Shown: positions 29,174 to 41,162 of the stretch, in pieces | Layout: each line of letters opens with the position of its first letter | Numbering within the stretch: position 1 is the stretch's first letter | Source of the DNA: an uncultured Acidobacteriota bacterium | GTDB lineage: Bacteria > Acidobacteriota > Terriglobia > UBA7540 | Direction of reading: 5' to 3' | Assembly (NCBI GenBank): GCA_963804995.1 | Contig: CAWDSK010000006.1 | Coordinates: 1,472,001-1,536,000 of the forward strand | Length of the DNA: 64,000 nucleotides | Made by a program: the position numbers and the translations under genes | The notes under the pieces: generated by a model | What the model was told of the DNA's origin: nothing | Databases searched by the model: none | What the model saw: only the letters and a program-made list of their open reading frames with translations

Positions 29174-29795
29174 CTGCCCTGTGGATATTTCAAGGATGTT
29201 TGATAGGGGCAGGGTTCAGGACCATGTGGGACACGGCCGCTTTCCTGTTTACTAATCCGACAAATTCGTCTCCAGAATCTCAGGGTCGGAAGGCCTCAAC
29301 TTTACGGCCCAGTGGAAACCCCCGGAAGGCTGTCGGGATCGGCGCAGCCATCTTAGATGTAATAGGTTAGGAGGGACACGGATTTTCAGACGTCAGCCTG
29401 CCATTATGTCGGAAATTGGGCGGCCTCCCGTACCTATAAGTTTTCGGTAAGGGATTGTATTAAAAAATATTAATCGAGAACTGATTACCTTATGGTCAAT
29501 ATCCCAGAATTAGATAAAGGAAGTTTAACGTCCTGCGGATCACCACGTGGGACTGCCCTGCAAAATAGTATCACAATTGACAACTATCAATTTTCGGTTA
29601 TTTCGGGAGATTCTTAGTGAGGTCGGTCTTCATGGCAGACTTTTTGGCGCTTCCTGCGGCGGTCAGGAAACTCTGGATACTTACTATCCTAAATCTAACC
29701 CTATCAACACTTTTCAACTTCTTTCTCCCTTTAACGACCCCTATAAACCTTTGTCAAGCTGTAGCGTCGATGTCTGAATTAGCAATGTTGGGGTA

Positions 29796-31091
<1,296 letters not shown>

Positions 31092-31094
31092 AGT

Positions 31095-32018
31095 TCACCG
31101 GATCACCCGATGATTTACTTCCATTGCCTCTCTCAGCACTTGCGCAAGGCTCTTTCCTTGCTGATGTAACTCTAGAACCGCTTCCTGTCGCGTAATTTTC
31201 TTTACAACCATCAAGAGCGCTACAGGCAGGCTGCGACCCGAGTCCTTTAGGGCACTGGCGGCCGCGGCCGGGCTCGCACCGGTGAGTTGCACCAGAATTC
31301 CCTGGGCGCGTTCCCGCAGTTTCTGGTTGGTCAGTTGAACGTTGATCATACGATTGGAAAGTACGCACCCCAGCCGCACCATGGTGGCAGTAGAGAGCAT
31401 GTTCAATGCGAGTTTCTGTGCTGTCCCTGACTTCATGCGGCTGGACCCCGCAATGACCTCAGGTCCCACCACGGTCAGGATAGTGACATCCGCGAGCGCT
31501 TCGAGCGGGGCATCGGGGTTCGAGGTAAGAGCGGCAACCTTCGCACCGAGTCGTCGCGCATATCGCATCCCGCCCAGCACGTAGGGTGCACTGCCGCTGG
31601 CGGAGATTCCTACCAGAAGGTCGTGACGAGTGAAATGGATTTTCTTCAGGTCACGAACGGCCTGCTCAGGGTCGTCCTCAAAGTCCTCCGCCGAGCGGAG
31701 CAGAGAAACCGGGGCCCCTGCCAGGATAGCCACGATCTGATCCGACCCGAAAGTCGGCAGACACTCCGCGGCGTCGAGAGCCCCCAGGCGGCCACTGGTG
31801 CCGGCACCCAGGTAAACCACTCGCCCACCGTTTTTCAGGGCGTCCACCGCCAGGTCGACGGTGCGCGCGATCTGGGGGAGCGCCTTGCGAACTGCTGGCG
31901 CAACCCGGTGATCCTCGCGATTAATGATGCGCAGAATTTCCCGCGTAGGCTTCGTATCCAAGGCGGCCGAAGCCGGGTTCCTTCGTTCGGTAATGCGCTC
32001 ACGCGGTTTTGATTTCAT
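31095..32018 (-). CDS. murQ: N-acetylmuramic acid 6-phosphate etherase
   Basis: TERRN, GAGTSGRLG, DAAECLPTF, GPEVIAGSSRMKSGTAQK. Confidence 0.95.
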   Translation of the reverse strand: MKSKPRERITERRNPASAALDTKPTREILRIINREDHRVAPAVRKALPQIARTVDLAVDALKNGGRVVYLGAGTSGRLGALDAAECLPTFGSDQIVAILAGAPVSLLRSAEDFEDDPEQAVRDLKKIHFTRHDLLVGISASGSAPYVLGGMRYARRLGAKVAALTSNPDAPLEALADVTILTVVGPEVIAGSSRMKSGTAQKLALNMLSTATMVRLGCVLSNRMINVQLTNQKLRERAQGILVQLTGASPAAAASALKDSGRSLPVALLMVVKKITRQEAVLELHQQGKSLAQVLREAMEVNHRVIR

Positions 32019-32196
32019 CGGGGTTGATTTCGTCTCACTGCAGAGGCGCGGAGGCGCAGAGGAGTGAAGGTCAAGAGGCAAAACGCAAAATACAATGGCT
32101 AGAAGTCAAAGCCGATTTTGCATTTAGACTTTTGCGTCTTCCCTTTTGACCTTGTTCTACTCAGCTTCTCCGCGCCTCTGCGGTGAAATCCGTTTA

Positions 32197-33987
32197 TTAC
32201 TGCTTTCCCGAAAGGGTCTCCCACCCGCGCCGCGACAAATCCCAATAGATTGCATATCCGGAGAGGCCGGCAATGGTCAGGAACAAGACGCCTATGCCGC
32301 TCGAGCCCAACAGGAGTTTGCCAATGCCGAACAGTGTCATGTAGACCATGATGCAGCCGAGCGCCCAATCCATCAAATTATACCAGCCATCCTCCGTGGG
32401 AGCGACTTCCGGGGCGAGCTTGGCGATGTGCTTCCAGCCGGCCACGCCCGGCCGCACGCGGCGGTAAAACTGCAGGAGTTTCGTTTCGGGCTCCGGCTCC
32501 GTCAGGAACGTCGCCCCCAGCCACACGAGCGTCGTGACGGCCACGGTCAAGACCAGGTTTTTGCCAAACAGGTTCGGGTCGGAGGCGGCAAAGGGGCTCA
32601 CAAACCTGAGGGTGATGGAGGTCACGGCCGCCGTCGTCATCGCGGAAATTTCCGACCAGGCGTTGATTCGCCACCAGTACCAGCGCAGTAGGTATACGGC
32701 TCCGGTGCCCGCGCCAATGTTCACCACCATGTCCCAGCCACCCGCCACCGTCTGCATGATATAGGAAACCGCCGCGCCCAAAACCATAAGGCCCATGGTG
32801 GCAACTTTAGAAATCGTCACGTAATGACCTTCGGAACGTTGGCGTACCAGGAAGCGGCGGTAGAAGTCGTTCACGATATAAGACGAGCTCCAGTTCAATT
32901 GCGTCGCAATGGTGGACATGTAGGCAGCCGCAAAGGCGGCGAGCATCAGGCCGCGAAAAGCCGGCGGCATATAATCCACCCAGACTCGAATGAAGCCGCC
33001 CTCGGCGTCTGCGCCCGGCCGGCTCAGTTCCGGGTAAAGGACTACCACAGCCAGGGCCGTCAAAATCCAGGCCCAGGGCCGCAAAGCGTAGTGGGCGATA
33101 TTGAACCAGAGAGTGGCCAACAACGAGTTCTTCTCATCCTTGGCGCAGAAGATGCGCTGCGCTACGTAGCCGCCACCGCCTGGCTCCGCTCCGGGGTACC
33201 AGACTGACCACCAGTACACCCCGATGTAGACGAGGAAGGTCATGAGGGGCATCCAGGGCGAATGCAAATCGGGAATGAAGGAGAGGATGGATCCGGAGCC
33301 TCCTACCGCCGCGCCCCGGGCGGCATCGACGGCGGCAAGCTTGGTCTTCAGCATGGTCATGCCGCCCACGGCATGGACCGCGTAGAACGCCAGGACAATC
33401 AACATGGCCATCTTCAGGATGAACTGCACCAGGTCCGTCCACAGCACACCCCATAGACCGGATATGGAGGTGTAAATGGCTGTGATGGTCATGCAGATGA
33501 CCACGGCCCAGAATTTGGGAACGTTCAGTGATATCCCCAGGATTTTTTCCATGGCCAGATTGACCCAGCCCAGAATGATGCAATTAATAAGGAGGCCGAA
33601 ATAGAGCGCGCGAAAACCCCGCAGGAATGCAGCAGGCTTGCCGGCGTATCGCAACTCAACCAGTTCCACGTCGGTAATGATTTCGGCCCGGCGCCACATG
33701 CGCGCGAAAAAGAAGACCGTCATCATGCCGCTAAACAGAAAACTCCACCAGAACCAATTCGCGGCAACGCCGTGCCGCACCACCTGCCCGGTCACCCAAA
33801 GGGGCGTGTCGGCGGCGAAAGTTGTGGCCACCATGGAAGTGCCTGCCAGCCACCAGGTCACTTCGCGCCCTGAAACAAAGAAATCGCTCGTGCTGGCGCT
33901 TGCCTTCTTCCGGTAATAGAGCCCGATGAGCAGGTTGATCAGAAAATAGCCGGCTACCACAATCCAATCCGCTAATGTGAGTTTCAT
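32197..33987 (-). CDS. Sodium:solute symporter family protein
   Basis: WWLAGTSMVATTFAADTP, many TMs, AAYMSTI. Confidence 0.92.
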   Translation of the reverse strand: MKLTLADWIVVAGYFLINLLIGLYYRKKASASTSDFFVSGREVTWWLAGTSMVATTFAADTPLWVTGQVVRHGVAANWFWWSFLFSGMMTVFFFARMWRRAEIITDVELVELRYAGKPAAFLRGFRALYFGLLINCIILGWVNLAMEKILGISLNVPKFWAVVICMTITAIYTSISGLWGVLWTDLVQFILKMAMLIVLAFYAVHAVGGMTMLKTKLAAVDAARGAAVGGSGSILSFIPDLHSPWMPLMTFLVYIGVYWWSVWYPGAEPGGGGYVAQRIFCAKDEKNSLLATLWFNIAHYALRPWAWILTALAVVVLYPELSRPGADAEGGFIRVWVDYMPPAFRGLMLAAFAAAYMSTIATQLNWSSSYIVNDFYRRFLVRQRSEGHYVTISKVATMGLMVLGAAVSYIMQTVAGGWDMVVNIGAGTGAVYLLRWYWWRINAWSEISAMTTAAVTSITLRFVSPFAASDPNLFGKNLVLTVAVTTLVWLGATFLTEPEPETKLLQFYRRVRPGVAGWKHIAKLAPEVAPTEDGWYNLMDWALGCIMVYMTLFGIGKLLLGSSGIGVLFLTIAGLSGYAIYWDLSRRGWETLSGKQ

Positions 33988-34201
33988 AAGTACAGGTTCC
34001 TTTGATAATTTTCCAATCCTTGCATTGCTACGCGGAGCCCGCGAGTATATAGCAAAAGAGGTTCGGGCCGAAGGACAACTGCTGGCACTTCAACACAGAG
34101 GTCGCCGGGAGGCTCCGTGCCCTCTGTGCCCTTTACTGGTGAAATCCTTCTTGGGTTGCGGCCCACAGGCGCGCTAGGGTACCTTGTTGGTGAGGGAAAC
34201 C

Positions 34202-36646
34202 GTGATTCACAAACGAGGGTTCTTGCTTTGTATCTTGATCTCCGGCCTCTTGGCCAAATCCTGGATTGCCCCCTCGGCACCTTGGGCGGCCTCTGCCGAA
34301 GCCTCCGCGGGAATGGATGAGCAGCGGCTGGCGGGAATTGCCGCTCTGGCCGAGGCCTCGATTCAGGCCAAGCGCATTCCCGGCGCCGTCGTCCTGGTCG
34401 GCCATGAGGGCAAGGTGGTTTATCGTCAGGCTTTTGGTGATCGCTCGATTTTGCCCGAGCGGCGGCCGATGACTGTGGACACGATCTTCGATATGGCCTC
34501 CCTGACCAAGGTAATTGCCACCACGACGGCGGTGATGCAGCTTGTTGAGCAGGGGAAAATCGAGCTCAGCGCTCAAGTCGGCGATTACTGGCCGGAATTC
34601 AAGGAAAACGGCAAAGACCTGATTACCATCCGCGAACTGATGACGCACTATTCCGGCTTGCCTCCGGACCTGGAACTGAAACCCGCCTGGACGGGCTACG
34701 ACACGGCAATGCAGATGATAGTCGCGACCAAGCCAAACACGCCGCCGGGCACGCGTTTCATTTACAGCGACATCAATTTTGAAACGCTGGGTGAAATCGT
34801 CCACCGCGTTTCCGGCGAACCGCTGGAGGAGTACTGCGCGGAACACATTTTCAAACCGCTGGGTATGAAGGACACGCAGTTCAGGCCTCCGACTTCCTTG
34901 CGGCATCGTATCGCGCCCACGCAATACGAGCATGGCAACAGCGGACCGATTCTTTGGGGCACCGTGCACGATCCCACCTCACGTTTCATGGGTGGAGTGG
35001 CCGGGCACGCGGGTCTGTTTTCGACCGCCGACGATCTTTCCATCTTCGCGCAAATGCTACTGAACGGCGGCACATACAATGGCGTGCGCATCTTGAGCCC
35101 ACTCTCCGTGGAAAAGATGAGCACTCCGCAAACACCTCCAAACAAGATGGTGTTGCGCGGCCTGGGGTGGGACCTCGATTCTCCCATCGCTTCGAACCGC
35201 GGCGACCGCGTGGGCCCGATCTTCATTACCAACCGGGGGGATTTGTTCGATGTCGGCTCATACGGGCACACAGGGTATACGGGCACCTCCCTCTGGATTG
35301 ACCCGGTGACCAACACGTATGTGATCATACTAACCAACCGAGTGCATCCCGACGGCAAAGGCGAAGTCGTGCCGCTGCGCACGGGGGTCACGACGCTGGT
35401 GGCGGCGGCGCTGGGGCCGCTTTCCGCGCAGCAAGTTCTGGACAGCCGGCGGTCGCTGACCAGCTACTTTGAGCTGATGAAGAGTTACCGCGTACAGGGC
35501 CTGCGCAATGGCAGCGTGAAGACGGGCATCAACGTCCTGGCGGCGGAACACTTTGCCCCCCTGGCGGGGAAGCGCGTGGGGCTGATCACCAATCAGTCTG
35601 GCCTGGCAAGCGATGGGAGCCGCACCATCGATTTGCTGGCGCACGCGCCGGACGTGAAGTTGGTAGCGCTGTTCAGCCCCGAGCACGGACTGGCGGGCGC
35701 CGCGGAGGCAGGCGCCATGGTCGCTTCCACGCGCGACGCCTCGACCGGCGTGCCTGTCCACAGTCTGTACGGGGAGGTCCAGCGCCCCACCGACCAAATG
35801 CTGGAGGGCATCGATTCACTGGTCTTTGACATCCAGGATGTTGGCGTGCGCTTCTACACTTACATCACCACCCTCGGATATTGCCTGGAAACGGCGGGGA
35901 AGAAGGGTATTGACTTCTATGTGCTTGACCGGCCGAATCCAATCAACGGCGTGGACGTCGACGGGCCGGTGCTTGACCCGGACCTGCGCTCGTTCACCGC
36001 GTATTTCCCCATGCCCATTCGCCACGGCATGACTGTGGGCGAGCTTGCGGAAATGTTCAACCGCGAAAATCACCTGAACGCCAAGCTGCATGTGGTGAAG
36101 ATGCGCGGCTGGGAGCGGACGGATTGGTTTGACGAGACGGGCCAAGCCTGGATTAATCCATCCCCGAACCTGCGAAACCTGACGGAAGAAACCCTATATC
36201 CGGGTGTCTGCCTGGTGGAAGGCTCAAACGTCAGCGTGGGCCGCGGCACCGATACCCCCTTTGAAATCGTCGGCGCCCCCTGGATCAACGGTCGGGAACT
36301 GGCCGCGCATTTGAACGGCAAGAAAATTCAGGGAGTGCGCTTCTTGCCTATGGATTTCAAGCCGCTCTCGGACACTTTCGCAGGAGAGTTGTGCCATGGC
36401 GTACAGATCGTGCTGCTCGATCGTCAAGCCTTCGAGCCGACCGAAATGGGAGTAGAAATGGTTGCGGCGCTCAATAAGCTTTTTCCGAACGACTACAAAT
36501 TGGGTGAGGCGCTGCGCCTGATCGGCAGCCAGGCAGCCGTGGAATCGATTCGCGCCGGCGAAAGCCCCTCCCGTATTTGGTACGATTGGCAAGAAGGCTT
36601 GGAGAGATTTAAGAAGCTTCGCGCCCAGTACCTGCTTTATCCCTGA
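34202..36646 (+). CDS. Beta-lactamase-like serine hydrolase fused to NamZ (DUF1343) exo-beta-N-acetylmuramidase
   Basis: Signal peptide; SLTK, YSD, GHTGYTG; FSPEHG, DIQDVG.RFYTY, DRPNP, SPN, GRGT. Confidence 0.92.
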   Translation: MIHKRGFLLCILISGLLAKSWIAPSAPWAASAEASAGMDEQRLAGIAALAEASIQAKRIPGAVVLVGHEGKVVYRQAFGDRSILPERRPMTVDTIFDMASLTKVIATTTAVMQLVEQGKIELSAQVGDYWPEFKENGKDLITIRELMTHYSGLPPDLELKPAWTGYDTAMQMIVATKPNTPPGTRFIYSDINFETLGEIVHRVSGEPLEEYCAEHIFKPLGMKDTQFRPPTSLRHRIAPTQYEHGNSGPILWGTVHDPTSRFMGGVAGHAGLFSTADDLSIFAQMLLNGGTYNGVRILSPLSVEKMSTPQTPPNKMVLRGLGWDLDSPIASNRGDRVGPIFITNRGDLFDVGSYGHTGYTGTSLWIDPVTNTYVIILTNRVHPDGKGEVVPLRTGVTTLVAAALGPLSAQQVLDSRRSLTSYFELMKSYRVQGLRNGSVKTGINVLAAEHFAPLAGKRVGLITNQSGLASDGSRTIDLLAHAPDVKLVALFSPEHGLAGAAEAGAMVASTRDASTGVPVHSLYGEVQRPTDQMLEGIDSLVFDIQDVGVRFYTYITTLGYCLETAGKKGIDFYVLDRPNPINGVDVDGPVLDPDLRSFTAYFPMPIRHGMTVGELAEMFNRENHLNAKLHVVKMRGWERTDWFDETGQAWINPSPNLRNLTEETLYPGVCLVEGSNVSVGRGTDTPFEIVGAPWINGRELAAHLNGKKIQGVRFLPMDFKPLSDTFAGELCHGVQIVLLDRQAFEPTEMGVEMVAALNKLFPNDYKLGEALRLIGSQAAVESIRAGESPSRIWYDWQEGLERFKKLRAQYLLYP

Positions 36647-36807
36647 GGCAGGACCCCTTTCACGCTGCGCCCTGGATTGTTCCCATCTGCCAATTTTGGA
36701 ATTGTCTTGTTCTCACCCGGAGGAGTAGTATCATGCCGGTGGAGTTCAAGACAGGGCCTGAGCAAGTGGCCGTTTCGCTGGCAGGCTGAAGTTTCCAGGG
36801 AGGGGTC

Positions 36808-37380
36808 ATGAGAATCAATTCGCGTGCTCTCCGAATCATCAGCGGGATTATTCTGACGCTCCTGATCTTTGGGGGCAGCCGTACCATCCGTTTGGGAGCG
36901 AAGGATAAGACGCCTCCGGTCAGTTCAGACGACCCAACCCTCCGGCTTTTCGATCTTCTCGATTCAAAACTTGGCGGCAAGCTCGATAACTTCTACGTGC
37001 TGGCAGATGTTTTTAACGACCCCCAAAACCCCGAGCATGCGCTGCAGCACATTCTGCGCCTTGATTACGACAAGGGGCGGGCCTTTGGCAAACTCCGTAT
37101 TTATGTGCGGACGGTTGACAAGCTCTCCCCTGAACAGTTGAAGACTTACACCTCCAAGGAAATATTTGAGTTTGCCGAATCGGACAGCGAGAAGTATTCC
37201 AAGATTGAACCGGGCCCTTTTGGCCGTCCAGGGGATGTCTATTTTCAGCCCACGTCGCCGGGCGGGCCGCTGGGATCTTCTCCCATAACCGATGAGGTGC
37301 AGGCTCGCTACGACCGCTATGTGACGCAGTACATCAGGCCAGCCCTGGAGAAAAAAGCGGGTGGCGGCTCGGCTTCCTGA
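36808..37380 (+). CDS. Hypothetical exported protein
   Basis: Signal-like N-terminus; GGAGG SD. Confidence 0.7.
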   Translation: MRINSRALRIISGIILTLLIFGGSRTIRLGAKDKTPPVSSDDPTLRLFDLLDSKLGGKLDNFYVLADVFNDPQNPEHALQHILRLDYDKGRAFGKLRIYVRTVDKLSPEQLKTYTSKEIFEFAESDSEKYSKIEPGPFGRPGDVYFQPTSPGGPLGSSPITDEVQARYDRYVTQYIRPALEKKAGGGSAS

Positions 37381-37421
37381 GCCTATCTGCCTTGCTTTCT
37401 ACCCCGCGAGAATTTTTGGCC

Positions 37422-37583
37422 TTACAAGCAAATCCGCTCGCCTAGACCTGACCTGACGGTTTGTTCAGCGCCTCGAATTTGCGGCTCGCCATATAGCAGA
37501 ACTGCTTGACCGCCAATCACCATATAGGGCACTCGGCGCTCTTCAAGGGCGATCGCGATTTGTTCCAGGAGGCGGGCCAGCAT
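37422..37583 (-). pseudogene. Truncated nucleotidyltransferase (TA-associated type)
   Basis: MLARLLEQIAIALEERRVPYMVIGGQAVLLYGEP, then similarity is lost before the expected DxD motif. Confidence 0.7.
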
Positions 37584-37770
37584 GCAGTTTTCTCACCCAT
37601 TCAATCTTGTGTTCGATGCCCTCCAGGGGGTTAGAGGGAGGAAAGACTCCCATTGAGCGGGCATACTCCCGAAAGTCGTCCATGAGTTGCAGAGCATGCT
37701 CGAAATCCGGGGGCTCACGGAGTGGACCCCTCAACTCCCAAGCTTCCCAGTAGGCACGGTCTTTGATCAT
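37543..37770 (-). CDS. Small hypothetical protein, partner of the nucleotidyltransferase
   Basis: MIK..GVFPP.NPLEGIE..I; overlaps the NTase remnant. Confidence 0.7.
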   Translation of the reverse strand: MIKDRAYWEAWELRGPLREPPDFEHALQLMDDFREYARSMGVFPPSNPLEGIEHKIEWVRKLHAGPPPGTNRDRP

Positions 37771-37794
37771 TCTTCTTGGCTCCCGTAGAAATCC

Positions 37795-38937
37795 CTATGC
37801 CGTGCAGAACAAACGGGCCAGCTCTACGAGTATATCCCGGCACGCCAGCACCTGGTCTACGTAAACATACTCTTCTATGCTGTGCAGCCCTGCTCCACCG
37901 GGACCGAAGATGACAGTGGGGATTCCCGCGCGTGCCAGGATGGCGGCGTCCGTCCAAAAAGACACGCCCCCCTCCTGCACCTTCCGTCCCACGCGTGTCA
38001 CAGCTTCACAGAGCGTCTCCGGCAGGCAATGATCGCTGGATATTTCGAAGGGTGACTGTTCGAGCAGCAGTTCCGCAGAGGCCTCAAATTCCGCATCTTC
38101 CTGCTTCAAGGTTTCCAGGATATCGCGGATCTCACGGAGCGCGATGCCATCAGCCTCTGCACTCGTGGTACGGCGCTCGAACTGAAGAGTGCAGTTATCC
38201 GGGTAGCTGCTCAGTTCCCGGCCACCACTGATTAACGAGGCGTGCAGGGAGGCGGTTCCCTGGTGCGGGCGCAGGGGCTGCGCCTGTAACTGGCGATCCA
38301 AATCTGCCAGGCGATTCAGCACCTTTCCCATTCTGAAGATCGCATCCCGGCCGTCGCGAGGGCGGCTGCCGTGAGCCGCAACCCCCTTGGTGCTGATTTC
38401 GATCCAGGAAAAGCCCCGATGAGCGAGTGCCACTTGCAAATCCGTGGGCTCCGTGATGACCGCGCCATCGGCCTGCCAGCGCTTTACGATCTCGCGTGTT
38501 CCAAGACTGGCATGTTCCTCATCCGCGACTGCTGCAACCAGCAACTTCCCTGCCCGGAGCCCTCCGGAGGAGGCAATCTGCCGCGCCGCGCCGAGCATGG
38601 CCGCCACCCCACCCTTCATGTCTTGCGACCCGCGGCCATAGATTCGGCCCTCACGCTCCACAGGAGTAAACGGCGCCTGCATGCCTGCCACACCCACCGT
38701 ATCCATGTGGCCGCAAAACATCAGGGAGCGTCCAGGCGCTCGCCCTTCGAGCACCCCGACCACATTCGGGCGATGGGGTGCGACGTCGGTTAATTCCACA
38801 TCCATGCCGATTGAACGCATTTCGGCGGCAATGAGGTGAGCGATATTCTCCTCGCCCGCCCCCCCCGGGACCAACGCGGGGTTGACGGAATCAGTGGCTA
38901 TGAGGTCACAAAGGAATTTCAGTGTTGGATCCGGCAT
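37795..38937 (-). CDS. M20 ArgE/DapE-family deacylase
   Basis: GHMDTV, GRGSQDMKGG, DEE, EPT, AHG, FGPG..H. Confidence 0.93.
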   Translation of the reverse strand: MPDPTLKFLCDLIATDSVNPALVPGGAGEENIAHLIAAEMRSIGMDVELTDVAPHRPNVVGVLEGRAPGRSLMFCGHMDTVGVAGMQAPFTPVEREGRIYGRGSQDMKGGVAAMLGAARQIASSGGLRAGKLLVAAVADEEHASLGTREIVKRWQADGAVITEPTDLQVALAHRGFSWIEISTKGVAAHGSRPRDGRDAIFRMGKVLNRLADLDRQLQAQPLRPHQGTASLHASLISGGRELSSYPDNCTLQFERRTTSAEADGIALREIRDILETLKQEDAEFEASAELLLEQSPFEISSDHCLPETLCEAVTRVGRKVQEGGVSFWTDAAILARAGIPTVIFGPGGAGLHSIEEYVYVDQVLACRDILVELARLFCTA

Positions 38938-39032
38938 ATGCGTAACAATATGAATAATACGTTAGGGGGTTGAACTACTCTTAATTATATAACTTTACTT
39001 GATAGGCCTACTATAATCGGTTAACACCTGGA

Positions 39033-39105
39033 CCCCCTCACCCGTCCCGCCCCGGCTGATAAAAATGCCGGTTGCGGTCCACCCTCTCCCCCAAAGGGGC
39101 GAGGG
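39033..39105. repeat. CCCCTCACCCG-type REP hairpin
   Basis: Same family as 5172, 12836, 48228, 55647. Confidence 0.8.
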
Positions 39106-39953
39106 TTATGAATTCAGGTCAACCTCCCTCACTCATCCGCGTAAATTCAAATTAACTCCCCCCTCGGTCGCCGCGGCGACAGAGGGGCTGGGGGGAGGGG
39201 GTAGCATCACCCAATTCCACCACGCACATTGAATCTCCCCTACGGCTTGGCCTCCCTCAACACCAAGCGCGGGAAACTGGAAGGGTTCTTGGTGCTGACG
39301 CGGAACAAGGGATCCTTCTTGGACTGCAACACGATCCGTTGCAGATCTTCGACGTCCGTCGGCTTCGCGGGGCGAATGACCTTTCGGACGCTGAAGTCGA
39401 GGCCAATCTCGTATCCCAGAGTGAGCTTGCCGCCTTCGAAGTAGATATTCGGGATGGCGATGTCTCCCGAGTAGCCATGGGCGGTTTTCTTCCAGGCGGT
39501 AAAAATCTCCTGCATGTAGTTGTGAGGCTGGGCGCGCGGCGGCAGGTAATCCTCATCAGAGAAAATGCTGGGCTGGACATCGGCGAAGTTTCCGGGGCTG
39601 AAGTAGAACATATACTCATCGCCGGTGGGCTCCTTGGCAAAGTAGTTCTTGCGGAAGCCGGTCTCGAGGGTCAGCACGAAAGTGTCACCATTCTGAATCC
39701 CGCGCCCAAAGAAGGGCTGATAGAGGTAGGCGTCGGTCGCGTCCACGCCCACATAAAGAAAGCTCTCGTCCCAACCGAAGGCAACACGGGCTGACAGATC
39801 CTGCGGGCCCTGCCAGAGCTTGGCTCCGGTCATAACCTGCGCGGGTGCGTCAAGCCGGTAAACGGGGCCGCTTTGCCACTTGGCAAAATCGCCGTCCAAA
39901 TTGGGGCAATTATTTACTTGACACACAAGCAATAATGAGGTAGAATTCTCAAC

Positions 39954-40907
39954 ATGGTGAACACAAACACAAGACCTGAAACACTCCAAGAAGCGATTGC
40001 CTACTTTGCCGACGCCGAGAAGTGCTTCGCCTTCGCGGTGAACCTTCGCTGGCCTCATGGCAAGATTTCTTGTCCCCGGTGCGGCTCCAGGGAACACTCT
40101 TTTATTTCGACTCGCCGCATTTGGTACTGCAAGGGCTGCAAGAAGCAATTCACCGTGAAGGTTGGAACAATCTTTGAGGATAGTCCACTTGGAATGGACA
40201 AGTGGATGACCGCAATGTGGCTGATCGTCAACTGCAAGAATGGAATCAGTAGTTGCGAAGTCGCCCGTGACCTCGGCATTACTCAGAAGTCCGCTTGGTT
40301 CATGGTTCACCGCCTTCGCCTTGCATTGCAGAATAAGGACGGTGGAAAGTTGGGCGGGGAAGTCGAAGTTGATGAAACATTCATCGGCGGACTCTCCCGC
40401 AACATGCACGTCAGCAAGCGGCGTCAAAAGATCATGGGTACTGGGGGCCGGGATAAGGTTGCAGTCCTCGGCATCCTGAAACGGCAAGGGAAAGTCCGCA
40501 CCTCGGTTGTCCCTGACGTGACCCTCCAAACCCTTCGCAACAACGTCACCGAGAACGTGTTGGCTGGCTCGCAGGTTTTCACCGATGCTTGGGTTGGCTA
40601 CAACGGGTTGAACGCTGAGTATGTCCATAACGTCATCGATCATGCCAAAGCCTACGCGGTCGAGAACGTCCACACCAACGGCCTCGAAAACTACTGGAGC
40701 CTTTTGAAGCGTACCATCAAGGGGACTTACGTAAGTGTCGAACCTTTCCATCTTTTTCGTTACCTAGATGAGCAGGCATTTCGTTATAATACCCGCCAAG
40801 ATTTGACAGAATCCGAGCGGTTTGAGGAAGCCATGAAGCAAGTAGTTGGACGCCGCGTTACATGGAACTCTCTCACTGGCAAGCAGGTCACTCCGAGGCC
40901 GAACTAA
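39954..40907 (+). CDS. IS1595-family DDE transposase
   Basis: CPRC..CKGC zinc ribbon, VEVDETFIGG, TD..Y, HTN.LE.YW, YLDE..FRYN; TTGACA-17-TAGAAT promoter 7 nt upstream. Confidence 0.96.
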   Translation: MVNTNTRPETLQEAIAYFADAEKCFAFAVNLRWPHGKISCPRCGSREHSFISTRRIWYCKGCKKQFTVKVGTIFEDSPLGMDKWMTAMWLIVNCKNGISSCEVARDLGITQKSAWFMVHRLRLALQNKDGGKLGGEVEVDETFIGGLSRNMHVSKRRQKIMGTGGRDKVAVLGILKRQGKVRTSVVPDVTLQTLRNNVTENVLAGSQVFTDAWVGYNGLNAEYVHNVIDHAKAYAVENVHTNGLENYWSLLKRTIKGTYVSVEPFHLFRYLDEQAFRYNTRQDLTESERFEEAMKQVVGRRVTWNSLTGKQVTPRPN

Positions 40908-40946
40908 GAAAGAAATGAAGCGCCAAGGGCGGGGCAAGCGGAAACG

Positions 40947-41087
40947 CTAACTCTTCTTGCGCTTACGTTTTGCCTTATCCTTCTTCTCTGCTTTTGTTAT
41001 TTCTGTCTTCGAGACACTGAAAGCAGTTTTCATGGCGCTCTCGAAATTTCGGTGGGCCTGCTGACCTTCAATCATTTCTGGTTTCAC
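40947..41087 (-). CDS. 46-aa basic small protein inside IS1595
   Basis: GTG start, MKPEMIEGQQAHRNFESAMKTAFSVSKTEITKAEKKDKAKRKRKKS; convergent with the transposase. Confidence 0.55.
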   Translation of the reverse strand: MKPEMIEGQQAHRNFESAMKTAFSVSKTEITKAEKKDKAKRKRKKS

Positions 41088-41162
41088 ATTTATCTCTCTA
41101 GGGATTCTTTTTTGTCATCGCATAGACCGAGCGGCTTTGCTTATCGAGCATCCTTCCAACCA

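Noticed and set aside
35190..35245. Short NRGD..NRGD duplication in the serine hydrolase
   Set aside because: Only an ~11-aa loop insertion with no further signal
34202..35450. Beta-lactam resistance gene
   Set aside because: The SxxK domain is fused to NamZ in a murQ context, more consistent with a peptidoglycan amidase/esterase
39240..40751. 503-aa minus-strand ORF
   Set aside because: Chimera of the transposase antisense frame and the orphaned CBM9-like 3' end of the GH84 gene
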